A stretch of DNA of 64,000 bases from Takakia lepidozioides (lineage: Eukaryota > Plantae > Bryophyta), in contig CM060731.1 of assembly GCA_030704615.1 (NCBI GenBank), forward strand, positions 73,532,001 to 73,596,000, written 5' to 3'. Shown here in pieces: positions 25,864-37,153 of the stretch (positions are counted from its first letter, which is position 1; every line of letters begins with the position of its first letter). Under the pieces are notes generated by a model, which did no database searches, was not told the DNA's origin, and saw only the letters and a program-made list of their open reading frames with translations. The position numbers and the translations under genes were made by a program.

Positions 25864-26140
25864 AGAGTTGCTTGAGGGCAATGCTCATTCAGAGGATGTA
25901 CCACCTCCGGGAGAGCAGGATGACATGTATGGTATGGCGGAGTTGCCTACCATGGTTGCTCAGACTCCATTGTGGGGCACGAGCAAGGATTTGCAGCGGG
26001 ATGCTGATCGACGGGTGCAACAAGCCTGGGTGGAGGCTTTTGTACCGTCAGGAGAGGAGGAGAGTGTGGGGATTGCACCAGGACCACCTCAATTGTCTCC
26101 ATTGGACACCACACCTATTGTGTGGCAGTATCCGGATGAA

Positions 26141-27020
26141 GGCATTTGTCTTCTGGACTTGTTTGGCGGGATCAGCACCGGATTGGCTGCTGTGTTACAG
26201 GCAGGTGTACGAGTTCGGCGTTACCTGTATGTGGAGAGGGATGAGACTGCACGACGCGTTTCACTTCGCCATGTTGCTCAGTTGGTGCAGCGGTACCCTG
26301 AGTTGTTGTCGGTGTCTGCAATTCGTGGATATCAGCAGGCCTTGCCAGCAGACATTTCGTTGCTGGGGCGCAGGATTTGGAGCGGGTTGGCTCCATTGAT
26401 CTGGTAGTGGCAGGTTGGCCCTGCCAAGGGCATTCATCAGCCGGGCATGGCAATGGATTGCGAGACTCGAGGTCGGGTCTGTTTTGGGAGATGGTGCGGG
26501 TTTTGCGCCACTTGCAGCTTCATCAAGCTGTATCTCCAGCATACATCTTGGAGAATGTGCCACTGATGGGCGATTCTCGGGCCAGGGTGATGGCCAGTGT
26601 GCATCAAGTCCGGTCGTGGCTTGGGTCAGCAGTGTTGCTAGATGCAGCTACAGTGGGGTCACGGGCTCATCGTCCACGGCTATGGTGGACTAACTTGATG
26701 CCACCCGCTCAGCGTGTGAGACACGATGACCGTTCGCCTTTGGCAGTGGTCAACAAGGTGGGTCAACCACGAGCAGCATTACCTACACTGCTCAGCTTCC
26801 CAGGATCGCATGCTTTCCGGGATAGTGGACCTGGCCTCCTGTGGGATGCTCAGTTGCAGCAGTTAGTGGAGCCTAATGCTGACGAGCGTGAGCGGGCAAT
26901 GGGTTTTACCACTGGTACCACGGCGGTGTCGTCTCTTTCTGAGGCATCACGTCGTCAAGTGTTGGGGCAAGCAATGGATCTCAATTGCTTGACCTGGATT
27001 ATCAGCTTGGCTCTGGCTGA
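26141..27020 (+). CDS. C5 cytosine DNA methyltransferase domain (DNMT3-like) inside pol; one frameshift near 26370
   Basis: Motifs in canonical order: I LLDLFGGI, II YVERD, III ADI, IV VAGWPCQG, V RSGLFWEMVR, VI YILENV, VIII SRAHRPRLWWTN, IX ERERAMGF, X RRQVLGQAMD. Confidence 0.93.
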
Positions 27021-27296
27021 GCAACGCAGAGTGCGGAGTACACTTCCCTCAATGGTCTCTCTGCCTACCGAGACGGTACAGGCAGTGAGTGGGGCGAGCA
27101 TGTGAGGACCACGGGGTGCATGCATCCATGGCACACGTGGGAGGTGCTCGAGGTTCAGAGGGAGTTGGCAGCCAAGGCGGCTGTGATGGATGAGGTTGGG
27201 GATTCTTCTCGGTTGAGGAGGTCCTCAAGGATGAGATGATGGGGCAGGATGAGGCCTTGTCATTGACTGAGCAGGTAGGGAGTACTGCTCAAGAGG

Positions 27297-28800
27297 TTGC
27301 ACATAGCAACCACGGACGCGTCCTCTACCTCTAAGCCCACTGGACTTAAGGTTGCAGTTACGGAGGACAATTGGGAGCCTGACATTGGACCCATTGTCAC
27401 CGGAGGAGAGAGACGACGTATACGGCGGTTCCTGAGGGCTTACAGGAATTGCTTTGCCTTCAGTTTGAAGGACTTGGGAGCACTGAAGGGTCAAGAGATC
27501 CGTATTGAGTTGGCCACTGACACGCCAATCTTTCGGAGACCCTATAGATACAGTGACATGGAGAGGTCTTTGATTCAGATGAGGACTCAAGATCTCTGGG
27601 AGGCAGGTTTGGTGGAGCTCTCTGGTGGAGAGTATGCTTCAGCCACAGTGATGCCAGCCAAGAAGGATGTCTATGGCAATTGGACGGAGAGACGTATGTG
27701 CGGTGATTACCGGCCTGTAAATCGTCAGACCAAGTCCGATAAGTATGCCATGCCAACACCAGAGGAGATCTTTGATGCCATCGGGCATGCTAAGGCCTTT
27801 AGCACTTTGGATTTACGATCCGGATATCACCAGTTGCCAATCAAGGAGGCGGACAAGCAGAAGACGGCATTCTGGGGGATCAATGAGCACGGCAAGGATT
27901 GCCTATATCAGTGGCGGTTCTTACCATTTGGGCTTAAGAATGCTCCTGCAGAGTTTCAGAGAGTCATGGATAGGATTCTAGCAGGGGTGGACTTTGCTCG
28001 GTGCTACATAGATGACATCATCATCTTTAGTGTTACGATGGAGGAGCATGAGAGACACCTTCAGGTGGTATTGGAGCGCTTGAGAGCGCACGGATTGAAG
28101 TTGCATCCGGGGAAGTGCAAGTTTTTCCACAACCAGATTGAGTATCTGGGTCACATGATATATCCTGGAGGATTGGGGGTACAGCAGACTAAGGTAGAGG
28201 CCATTGCACAAATTCCACGCCCCACGGATGTGAGCCGAGTTCGAGCTTTCATGGGGTTGGCAAACTATTATAGACGGTTTGTCAAGGGATTTAGTACCAT
28301 TGCAAAGGCTCTAACCAAGCTGACCAAGGTGGACCAGGAGTGGCAGTGGGAAGATGAGCAGGAACGAGCTTTTCAAGAGCTCAAGGCGAGGTTGACCTCG
28401 GCGCCTATCTTGAGACGACCTATCAGGGGGCGTCCCTTTCAGCTGCATACGGATTGGAGCATGCTGGGGCTTGGAGCGGTGCTCACACAGGATGATGAGG
28501 AAGAGAGTTCGTAGTGGCTTGCTAGCCGCTCGAACAACGCTGCAGAGGCTAAGTACAGCTCATATGAGGAGAGTGCTTAGCTGCAGTGTGGGCCGTGGCA
28601 CACTTCAGGTGCTATCTATACGGCAATCTTTTCACCCTTGTCACGGATCACCAGCCACTCAAGTGGTTGATGGAGTCAGACAAGCTTACGGGGAAGCTTG
28701 CACGGTGGGCACTTATACTCCAGGAGTATGACTTTCAGGTTGTGCATCGACCGGGTTTGGTCAATCGGGATGCGGATGGATTGAGTCGCAATCCATGCAT
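27297..28800 (+). CDS. Ty3/Gypsy reverse transcriptase and RNase H
   Basis: RMCGDYRPVN, STLDLRSGYHQ, LPFGLKNAPAEFQR, CYIDDIIIFS, FQLHTDWS, TDHQPLKWL, RDADGLSR; frameshifts in RNase H. Confidence 0.97.
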
Positions 28801-29120
28801 GAGCCAGCAGGATGACACTGGAGCTCGGTGGCATGGTGAGACGGACGAGGAGATGGTGCCGGGATGGCACGCATCTGCATTTTTGTGTATCTTGGCATCG
28901 GGAGGTCAGTTGGACCTACAACAGGGATGACTGTAGACGGAGTGTCTGAGGACCCTGAGGCTAGTGATGAGCTAGGTGGTGCCAGAGATATACATGAGGA
29001 TTCGGCTGTGTTGGACTACCTCCGCACGGGAGACACGGCAGCCATTGTGACTGCCAGGAGAGGGATCGGATCCTGCAACGAGCCAAGAGGTTCAAGTGGG
29101 AGGGGATACACCTACTTCGA

Positions 29121-30280
29121 GTGTGGGAGGATGGTCGGGTGAGGATTGTGCCTCACCCCACACAGCGTGCACGGTTAGTGCGGCATGCCCATGAGGAGTT
29201 GGGGCATTTTGGAGTGCGACGCACTCACAGTTTACTGCAGGGGCAGTATTGGTGGCGTGGTATGCATACAGAGGTGCAACAGTTCGTGGCTAGGTGCATG
29301 GTGTGTGACAGGGTGCGTGCTTCATTCAACGCCCCTACACCACAGTTGCATCCTTTACCAATCATGGGATTGGGCTACAGGTGGAGTCTTGACTTCGCAG
29401 GACCGTTGCCACTGACTATGCGCCACCACAGATATGTGTTGGTGATGGTGGAGCACTTCTCCAAGTGGATTGAGTTGGTTCCATTGCCTGACAAGGCTAG
29501 TGAGGGGGCTGCGTATGCATTCTTGGATCGTGTGCTTAGCCGATTTGGTGCTCCAGCTGAGGTACTCACGGACCAAGGGAGAGAGTTTCTTGGGGGAGTT
29601 TCAGGCTTTGTGTGATAAAGCCTTGATAGACCACCGCACCACTTCTCGGGATCATCCTGAGGCCGATGGCTTAGCAGAGAGAGTTGTTCAGACGGTGAAG
29701 AGGGGTTTGCGCAAGTATGGCTTGCAGAAGGGACACCTAGGAGATTGGGATCTTCAGGTTCCTTGGTTAGCCATGGGCTACAGGTTCAGCAAACAAGCAT
29801 CACTTGCCTCCTTCTCACCATATTTCCTTCTCTTTGCCGAGAGCCGGATTTGCCTGCAGCCATTCGTAGGGACACTGCTCAAGTCCTTAACCTTGACGAT
29901 CCGGACGTGTGGGTACGTGCATGTGATCAGCGTGCAGAGTTGTTCAAGAAAGTCATGCCCATGGCTTTTGAGAACCTTGCCATTGCACAGCACCGTGATA
30001 CGTTGAGGTATGCCACTATACGTGGTGGAGGATATCGTCCTGGGGTTCGGAGGTTTAGCCCTGTGACTATGTTTATTTGCAGCAGACTGCTCCTACGACT
30101 CTGGATGTTACTGCAGGGCGTGTTATTCTGAGGGTTCGAGAGGTGTTGCCCTCAGGGGTCCTGATCTTGGAGGGTCGGGATGGCATGACTTGGAAGGACC
30201 ATGTGCGTAATTGTGCGCCATGTCACCTTCCCAATGTCGATGGCAGAGTTGACCCAAACTTGGCAGTGGTACCTGCAGGT
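29121..30280 (+). CDS. DDE integrase (HHCC + rve), frameshifted
   Basis: HAHEELGH...CMVC; WSLDFAGP (D); LTDQGREF (D); HPEADGLAERVVQTVK (E). Confidence 0.95.
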
Positions 30281-30286
30281 TTGAGG

Positions 30287-30430
30287 TGCATGCTCTGTGG
30301 GTCTGCCAAAGGGGCAGCCACCATGCTGGTGTGTGATCGATGCTCAAGGGGTTGGCATATGGGATGCTTGACACCACCTCTTGAGAAGGTTCCTGACGGA
30401 GATTGGTTGTGTCCACACTGCTTGGGATAG
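30287..30430 (+). CDS. PHD finger at the integrase C-terminus
   Basis: CMLCGSAKGAATMLVCDRCSRGWHMGCLTPPLEKVPDGDWLCPHC is a complete C4HC3 finger followed by the stop codon. Confidence 0.95.
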   Translation, partial: CMLCGSAKGAATMLVCDRCSRGWHMGCLTPPLEKVPDGDWLCPHCLG

Positions 30431-30675
30431 TGGCAGTGGACATGACTGGAGGCAGCTAACAAGACATGGGAGGCCAAGCTCATAGGAGTCAATACATGAG
30501 ATCCCAAGCTCAAGTTCACAGGTTGCAAGACGGCGACTAACGATGGGGCAACTCTTGCACCCGGCCTCTTGATCGAGTTTGAGTGTAGTAGGGATAGTGG
30601 TGGAGGACTTAGTGAGGCTATGGTCACTATCACATCTTGTGGCTACCTGGACTTAGAGGGACCTAAGCACCAGCT

Positions 30676-30686
30676 AGGGGGGCGAT
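30676..30686 (+). promoter_or_regulatory. Polypurine-tract-like sequence
   Basis: AGGGGGGCGAT directly before TGTGTGG (start of LTR half B); conserved in the minus-strand copy at 61887-61897. Confidence 0.7.
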
Positions 30687-30862
30687 TGTGTGGACTAGTG
30701 ACTGCCATAGTGGGCAGCATAGTGGCAGCCTAGTGACTGACTAGTTGTAGCCTAGTGGTTGGACTAGTGGTGGACTAGTGGTATACTAGTGTGTGGTGTG
30801 CACATGTGTTGTGTGGTTTTGGACAGCGATGTAGTTGTGTAGCGATATGTATGCGCACGACA
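30687..30862 (+). repeat. LTR half B, copy 1 (176 bp, rich in CTAGT motifs)
   Basis: TGTGTGGACTAGTG...GCGCACGACA; repeated at 31193-31380 and, reverse-complemented, at 61711-61886. Confidence 0.95.
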
Positions 30863-30864
30863 GC

Positions 30865-31191
30865 TGTCAAGTTATTTTACCACTAGTGTGAAACTAGCTA
30901 GGAAATAGCTAGCTTTTACATATTGACATTTGGGATTGGCCCAAGTGTCAATCCAGGGGTCAAGGCAGATTTAGGCCCTGGAGTGGTTATCTTCACGGCA
31001 AGCGCGGGAGGCTCATCTTTCTCGAGTTGAGCCTCACCGCGCCTAGCTATGGCGCCGTAGTGTGGATTCCCCATGGCGTGGGGTGCACTTGGCTTGACTT
31101 GTATTTGAGTGATGAGGTTATATATGCATGAGTTTATGCTTCAGCTTTGTGAGCTCGCATGAGCTTGTGCTTGTATTCTTCTTCTTTATCA
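30865..31191 (+). repeat. LTR half A, copy 3; B+GC+A (30687-31191) forms a conventional-looking 505-bp TG..CA LTR
   Basis: Joined to B by the palindrome GACAGCTGTC (30859-30868). Confidence 0.95.
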
Positions 31192-31192
31192 T

Positions 31193-31380
31193 TGTGTGGA
31201 CTAGTGACTGCCATAGTGGGCAGCATAGTGGCAGCCTAGTGACTGACTAGTTGTAGCCTAGTGGTTGGACTAGTGGCTGGACTAGTGGTGGACTAGTGGT
31301 ATACTAGTGTGTGGTGTGCACATGTGTTGTGTGGTTTTGGATAGCGATGTAGTTGTATAGCGATATGTATGCGCACGACA
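31193..31380 (+). repeat. LTR half B, copy 2 (terminal, 188 bp)
   Basis: Same as B copy 1 apart from one extra 12-bp unit and two transitions; followed by the TSD GTCT. Confidence 0.95.
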
Positions 31381-33625
31381 GTCTGTTCCATGGAGTAAGT
31401 TCATCCTCAAACTATGCAGATCCTTCATCAACTTGTTGTATGAGCGGAAATTGCCAAATTGCATCCATCTGTGTTGTAGGAAGGAAGCTGCCATGCGCTC
31501 AAAGTCCTCCTCAGTCAATCCGAACAAGTGCTTTCTTCGCACCCCAAAGGTTGGATGTGCCATAGGCAAGGTCTTCAGGCCGTGGGTCATCCATGAGAAT
31601 CAGCTGCACAAGTAGAGGCGACGCATTTTGGACGCTTGTGGCTTCCAGCAGAGGCGGCTTCCAGAACATGATTGGCTTCCTCAATAGAAAATTCCATGGA
31701 ATAATGAAAGGGTACAAATGACCACCGGCGGTCCGCAACAATCCGGTGGAGCTCATTATGCCAATCCAAATGGGGATAATTTCTCCCACCCTAAGCCGGG
31801 GAAGTGTGAGGTCTTCAGCTCCGGGTCGAATTACCGGTGATGGCGATCGCCAAACTGCAAAAAAGGCCGTGTTATGTGAGAGAAAGGCAGTCTGCTGGTC
31901 AGTCTGTTGGTCAGTCTGCTGGTCCACAGTCTGTTGGATGACAGGACTTCCCATTGGCATGGGCTGCATGATGGGCTCCTGGAGAGGAGTCTGCAGGATG
32001 ACAGGCTGCTCGTTGGGAGTCTGCTCCATTGGAGTCTGCTGGATGACGGCTTGCTGAATGGGAGTCTGCTGGATGGCAGACTCGGCTATCCCAGACGCAT
32101 CCCCCCCCCCCCCCCCGACGCGTCTTGAATATGTAATGTCTATATAGCAATAGATGACCCAGGATACTTCAATAATATGTACTCCCGCACGCGGTCCATT
32201 TCCGCACGCACCGCAGTTGCTTGTAAATGAGCATCATTGCTAGGTATCCGCCAAGCCTGAATGGCCCTACGAATAGAAACACGTTCATCCTGGTACACGG
32301 CAGAGAACTTGGACGTCAGGAACATGGACGTGGACTCTATATTCACCTCATGCAGCGGACTGGACTCATAGACCAGCAGACTGACAGACGTAACGTGCGT
32401 ACATAGGGTAGAGGCAACTAGTAGACTGTACCAGTGGACTGGACCAGCGGATTGACAAACGGACTCAGTAAGTAATGCAGCGATATAAAACATACTAACT
32501 GACGAGCGGAGTGAGCCAGCGGACTGAGGAGAGAACGCAGCGGACTGACCAGACTGAATAGGCAACGTGACCCCGATGATGGACTCAAACAGCACAGAGA
32601 ACAGACTGGGCGGTCAGACTGACCATTACCTCCTCTACTTCTTCATCTTCATCTTCATCTTCAAAGCTGTTCAACAAGTTCTGTTCTGCTTGTCGGATGA
32701 ATGTGCGTAGCAGACCTGACTGGGCAACTTTGTAGAAATAACGGAAGAAGTCTGGATCCCCAATTGGTGGGCACTCTGGTGGGAAAAGCCCAAAGTCAAT
32801 GAGGCGCAATGTGCCAGGGCAGACTGGCCCTTCAGTGCTCTGTTGGGTTTTTGGTTTTGACCCTAAACCTCTGGCATGGGTCGCGATATTTGTGTGAGTC
32901 TGCAGCCGAGTCTGGTCAAGCAAGTCAATGTCCACTGGACTTGTCACCCCTTCCAGGCCTTCGAAGTCATCATTCCGGATAATGGTTTGCCCGCCCTGAG
33001 CAGATTCACTTTCAGTATCAGTACTGATGGTGTGGGTCTGCCGCCCAGGACGGGGTTTAGTTTGTTGTGTGGATTTTGTCTTTGCCTCGCGAGCAGACCT
33101 TGCAGCCTTCTCTTTTTTTTGCCTCTCCTTTTTTTGGGCCCCATCACTCAGTTTACGTTTTCTGGCAGTGTCCGGCGTTCCCTGCACTTACAAATCCTCC
33201 ATTGACGGGCCACCAGAATGGACGCCATACCATGTGCGCACTTCGTCTAATTCCAAAGTGCGGGGGTCAAGCACTGATCCGCGCAAGCGCATTGTGGCCT
33301 CTTTGACAATCAACATTTCTTTCAGTATCGGCCAAGGTTTGAAATCCCGTGGAATCATTGCAACAGTCTCCTTGCAACCCATGTCAACACAATGCTGATT
33401 TAGTTGGATTTTGTCCTTGATAACCTCTTCACAGAAGGGACAGAAGAACTTGTCCTTCTGCCAATTCGAGTTTTTGGGCTTCCGGGCGCGGAGGTCTACA
33501 AATGCTTCCACTATTTTATGATCAAACTCGTCTGGTGAGTACCAGTACCTTTGCTCCTTCTTCAGTCTGGTTTGGTGCACAAAATCCACCCAGTCCGCTC
33601 CACCCTTTTCACAAGCATCCTCCAT
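31381..33625 (-). pseudogene. 5' exons of the transposon cargo gene interrupted by the retroelement (Zn-finger-like CPFC..H..C, basic region, acidic tract, QQT repeats)
   Basis: ORFs 33188-33625 and 32585-33187 are in one frame separated by a single stop. ORFs 31511-32029 and 31282-31590 follow, and the last joins 14332-14592 when the insert is removed. Confidence 0.55.
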
Positions 33626-36600
33626 TGCTGCAGAATGAAACGAAGGTGCAAGGACAATGAGCGACAGACAGAAGTCCTATGAAAAGACTCACCCTAAGCA
33701 AGAAGAGGACACGGAATGGAATGGAAACACCGTAGCAAGTGAGAACCTCACCGAGCCGATGAACTTCGAGTTGTTACGAAGGCGAGCGTGTTTGCGACGC
33801 TTCGCGGCTCACCACGCCTCTCCACACCTGGGGAAGAACGGCCGTCTTTCGTTACGGTGATGGAAACGCAAAGAGGAAAACAAAACAGTGCGAAGAAACA
33901 GGCGCGAAGAGAATGGAGTCGATCGCACAGGGAACATGAGAAGAAAGTAGAAGTAGAAAGGGGAAAACGGGCATGGCACTGCCAACGTGGCGCGATTTCA
34001 CAGGCGCCAACTATCCGCCGTCATCGCATTGAATACGTCCACCGAACGAACGCATCGTACTAAATTCATCCACGGTCCTCGCACGTGCAGCAGACTTATT
34101 TCCCATTGGGCCGAGAGTCCACTGGACTGCCAGTCCAACGGACTGTTCGCTTTGCTGAGGCGAAGCGGCTTCATATTGGAGGCACTTCTCTGCCAGCGGA
34201 CACACTGAAAAGAGACTGGCAGTAGAACAGACTGACAAAGTACCAGACGAACAGACTGATATCCATCGGGGAACGATTGTCGAGCACACCTCCAGTTTAG
34301 CAGACTGGTTTGCAAAGAAGCGGGCGGAATGAAGACAAAAGAGAGTAAGGGGAGAACATGAAAGTCGAACACACCCATTGCGAATAGACTCGCGGCACAA
34401 CAGACTGATGCATGCACATTCCAATATCCATAGGGAGAACTATCCAGCAGACGGACGTTTCGCCAGACTGGCGGGAGAGCAAGCCAAAAGACTGACCGGA
34501 GGGAAAATAAGAAGTCGAACAGACTTAGTGCAACAGACTTCCGACACAACAGACTGACAAATTCACAAGTGCGACAGACTGATATTCCAACAGACGGACT
34601 TCCAGCAGACTGCCTCCAAACTGACTGTTATGCACACGATAAGGGGAATATCCGGAGCACTGACGGGCTAGCGGACCCACTGTGAACAGACTCGCGGCAC
34701 AACGGACCTCAAACATCCACGCGCATTTGCAGATGCAATTGTTTCAGCTTGGTCCGTCTCCTGGCAAATGCGACAATGTACCAATTCTGCACCTACTCCC
34801 GTCGTGGCTCAGACATCTGCATTCAGCAGGTGCGTGTGGATGTTTGAGGACCTTAGGACTGGATGGTGTTCCGTGACGACTCAAATTGTTTTTTTATGCT
34901 GCCATCCCTTATATAATATCATGTGGATCCATCACAAAGCTGGGTTTTTTCAGATTGTCCAACCTTTTCCACAACTTATGCACGACGGATGCAAGCCGCT
35001 ATACTTGATCACATAAACAGTCCCATCGTCCGATACGAAATCTGCAATACACGCCCCCATATGCATACGTTTCCACCATTTTCGCGCCCATGTTACCTAT
35101 GGGTATATTTATGACATAGAACCAAACCATAAAACGAAGGTTCCCGAAAGCACAACAAAATGGCAAAAAAAGTGGAAGCATATGCACGATGGTGGCTATA
35201 GTGCCGAGACAGTCCTCTCATGTTCAAGCACACGCTTCATCATTATCATGAACATTGCACGCAAAAGAGGACAGTCGCGTGCATGGAAATGCCTACCGCA
35301 ACATCGGACAACAAACAGCCGTCAAAAGAGAGCGGCCGGGATTTGGTGACAAGATCATTGTAATTTTCGTAGCCCTAAAAATGGAGGGCTCGGATGGGTT
35401 ATGGGAATGGACGGTGGCGATCTTGCGCCGTCAGCGGACTGGATGGCAGGGGACTGGCGGGCAGACTGGCGGATTGGCAGACTGCTGGGCAACGGACTGG
35501 CCAGCACCGGAATGGCATATTGCTGGGCAGCAAACTGGCCAGCACCGGACTGGCATACTGGAGGGCAACGGACTCATGGGCGGGGGACTAACCGCGTGGC
35601 GGACGGGGGGCGCGGGCGGGCGGGCTGGGTGCTGGGGAGCCGGGCGTCCGTGCGCGGGGCCCCACCGGCCACATCGCACTTGCCCATTGAAGACCCTATT
35701 GTCTTAAAATGAGAGGCGTGTTATTCGGCATGAGTAAGCTAAATAAGTAACGTGGAGTGCTTTGAGAAGATTTTGGAAGCGGAAGTCTGTGTGGAGACCA
35801 GAAAGAAATACAGAACAAATTGAACTTGCACTAGCGTAGAGATTGGTGTAGCGTTTGCTATGCTTTATTCTCTTCATGATTCCCGCTTCGTATTCGCGCT
35901 CTCACAATTATGCATTCCCACGGAAAAGTCATATCCAAGATCCTGTATTGACCTTGAGGTGACCTGGCGGGAGACCTCACATCATGCAGGAGTTCAAATG
36001 GGCATGCAGTTTGCCAATTTCTGGCCTGAGACCCTGGCAAGTGATTCCCCAGCCTCCAGGTAGGGATTATGTATATGGGACTCGTAAGTTCTTCTTAGGG
36101 ATTTTCAACTCTATGCTATGGAGCTATCTGCCTCGGACAGAGGTGCAAGCATGTTAGCTCACTCTGTACTTTGAAGGGCTGGTCACCTCAAATTGGCACA
36201 CACCCACCAGGATACGGAAACTCACCATAGTGTGCGCAGCTAACTCCAATGTCATTGTATGGACGTTAGCGTTGATGTAAGGCAGTGCCAGCTACAGTTC
36301 GATTTTGAGAGGGAGATAGAGAGATAAAGAGAAAGGTTAATTCAGGAACTTGTAAACTCTTATTCCACCGTGAGAGTTGGCAACTAGGATCCCCTTAAGT
36401 CTACATTTTTGTTTTGTTTGATACAGGCCAAGCTATAGGCATGGAGCTGCTCTGGCAGGAGCTCTTCTCAGATCAGGAGAACAGGTTTGAGAAGGTGAGG
36501 CTATCTGATTTAGCACTTGAAATTTTTTCAAGGACAGCTTGTGACTGTGCCATGATGATGTTGGTCGGCTACATTGTATCTCAGTGACATACAAAATAGA

Positions 36601-37153
36601 TTCTGCTTTTTGTTGCGAAGAAACAACAAAAGAGAAGCAGTAGGTTGTGGCTTGTTGGGCAGCAAGTCATGAAAGTAGGTTGCTCTCTGTTATCGGAAAA
36701 TTGCTTGGAGCTAAGATGGTTGTAGCCTGGTGTATGGGGTGCTGGGGTTGCAGCTATGACTGCTCAGCCACACACTCATGGTTCTCACAGAGAAGTCCAA
36801 GATCTCAAGACTGAAGCAAGAAACGCACAAAGGATGTCCTGTGGGTTAAGAGTCGGTCAAACCCTTCTTGGTTGAAAGCAGAGCTGGCTTCTTCCGGGAT
36901 ACAAGGTCAAGCCAATTTGGTGATTGTTTGAATGTCAATAAAGCTCCAGCCTTAGATACAACATGTATTGTTTTTATGAGGATTGAAGGGTTTATACAAG
37001 TTATTGTCAAGTTGATGACCTCAAGAGTTTTGCAACTGTCCATATGTAGCAGGAAGCATGTCATAATGTACAGATCTTTCAAAGATACTAAAGACATGCT
37101 AGGTGAGTTTTCAGTGCAAAGGGGTTGCAACTAAGATTTTTGTCTAGTGCAGG

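Larger units (their letters stand above)
14612..31380 (+). mobile_element. Ty3/Gypsy LTR-retrotransposon composite (truncated copy plus near-complete copy) encoding a DNMT and a PHD finger, with permuted LTRs A-internal-B-A-B; 4-bp TSD GTCT
   Basis: Starts TGTCAAG, ends CACGACA; GTCT at 14608-14611 and 31381-31384. Removing the insert and one TSD copy restores the host minus-strand frame LHGTDHSQKFVVDD. Domain order gag-PR-DNMT-RT-RH-INT-PHD. Confidence 0.95.
1..35685. mobile_element. Giant Mutator-like (MULE) DNA transposon, decayed; at least ~19 kb without the nested retroelement; left end outside the window, right end tentative
   Basis: MULE-type transposase plus Ulp1-type protease cargo, a known plant MULE association. 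GC-rich subterminal region with repeated CGGACTGG/CAGACTGG motifs (35430-35580) ends in ...CACTTGCCC at ~35685, then composition shifts to host-like DNA. The matching TIR and TSD cannot be seen. Confidence 0.55.

Noticed and set aside
17622-30430. Programmed ribosomal frameshifts between the many Gypsy ORF pieces
   Set aside because: Most breaks differ between copies, so they look like decay or sequencing indels. Only the shared frame change near 19000/24600 might be real, and it cannot be judged without a consensus.
14612-31380. DIRS/PAT/Ngaro tyrosine-recombinase element, suggested by split repeats and a methyltransferase
   Set aside because: It has an aspartic protease, an HHCC-DDE integrase and a TSD. 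No tyrosine-recombinase motif was seen, and the methylase is C5-type rather than the Dam-like type of DIRS.
35700-37150. Separate gene upstream of the PPR ORF
   Set aside because: Only short ORFs without recognisable motifs; probably promoter, 5' UTR exons and introns of the PPR gene.
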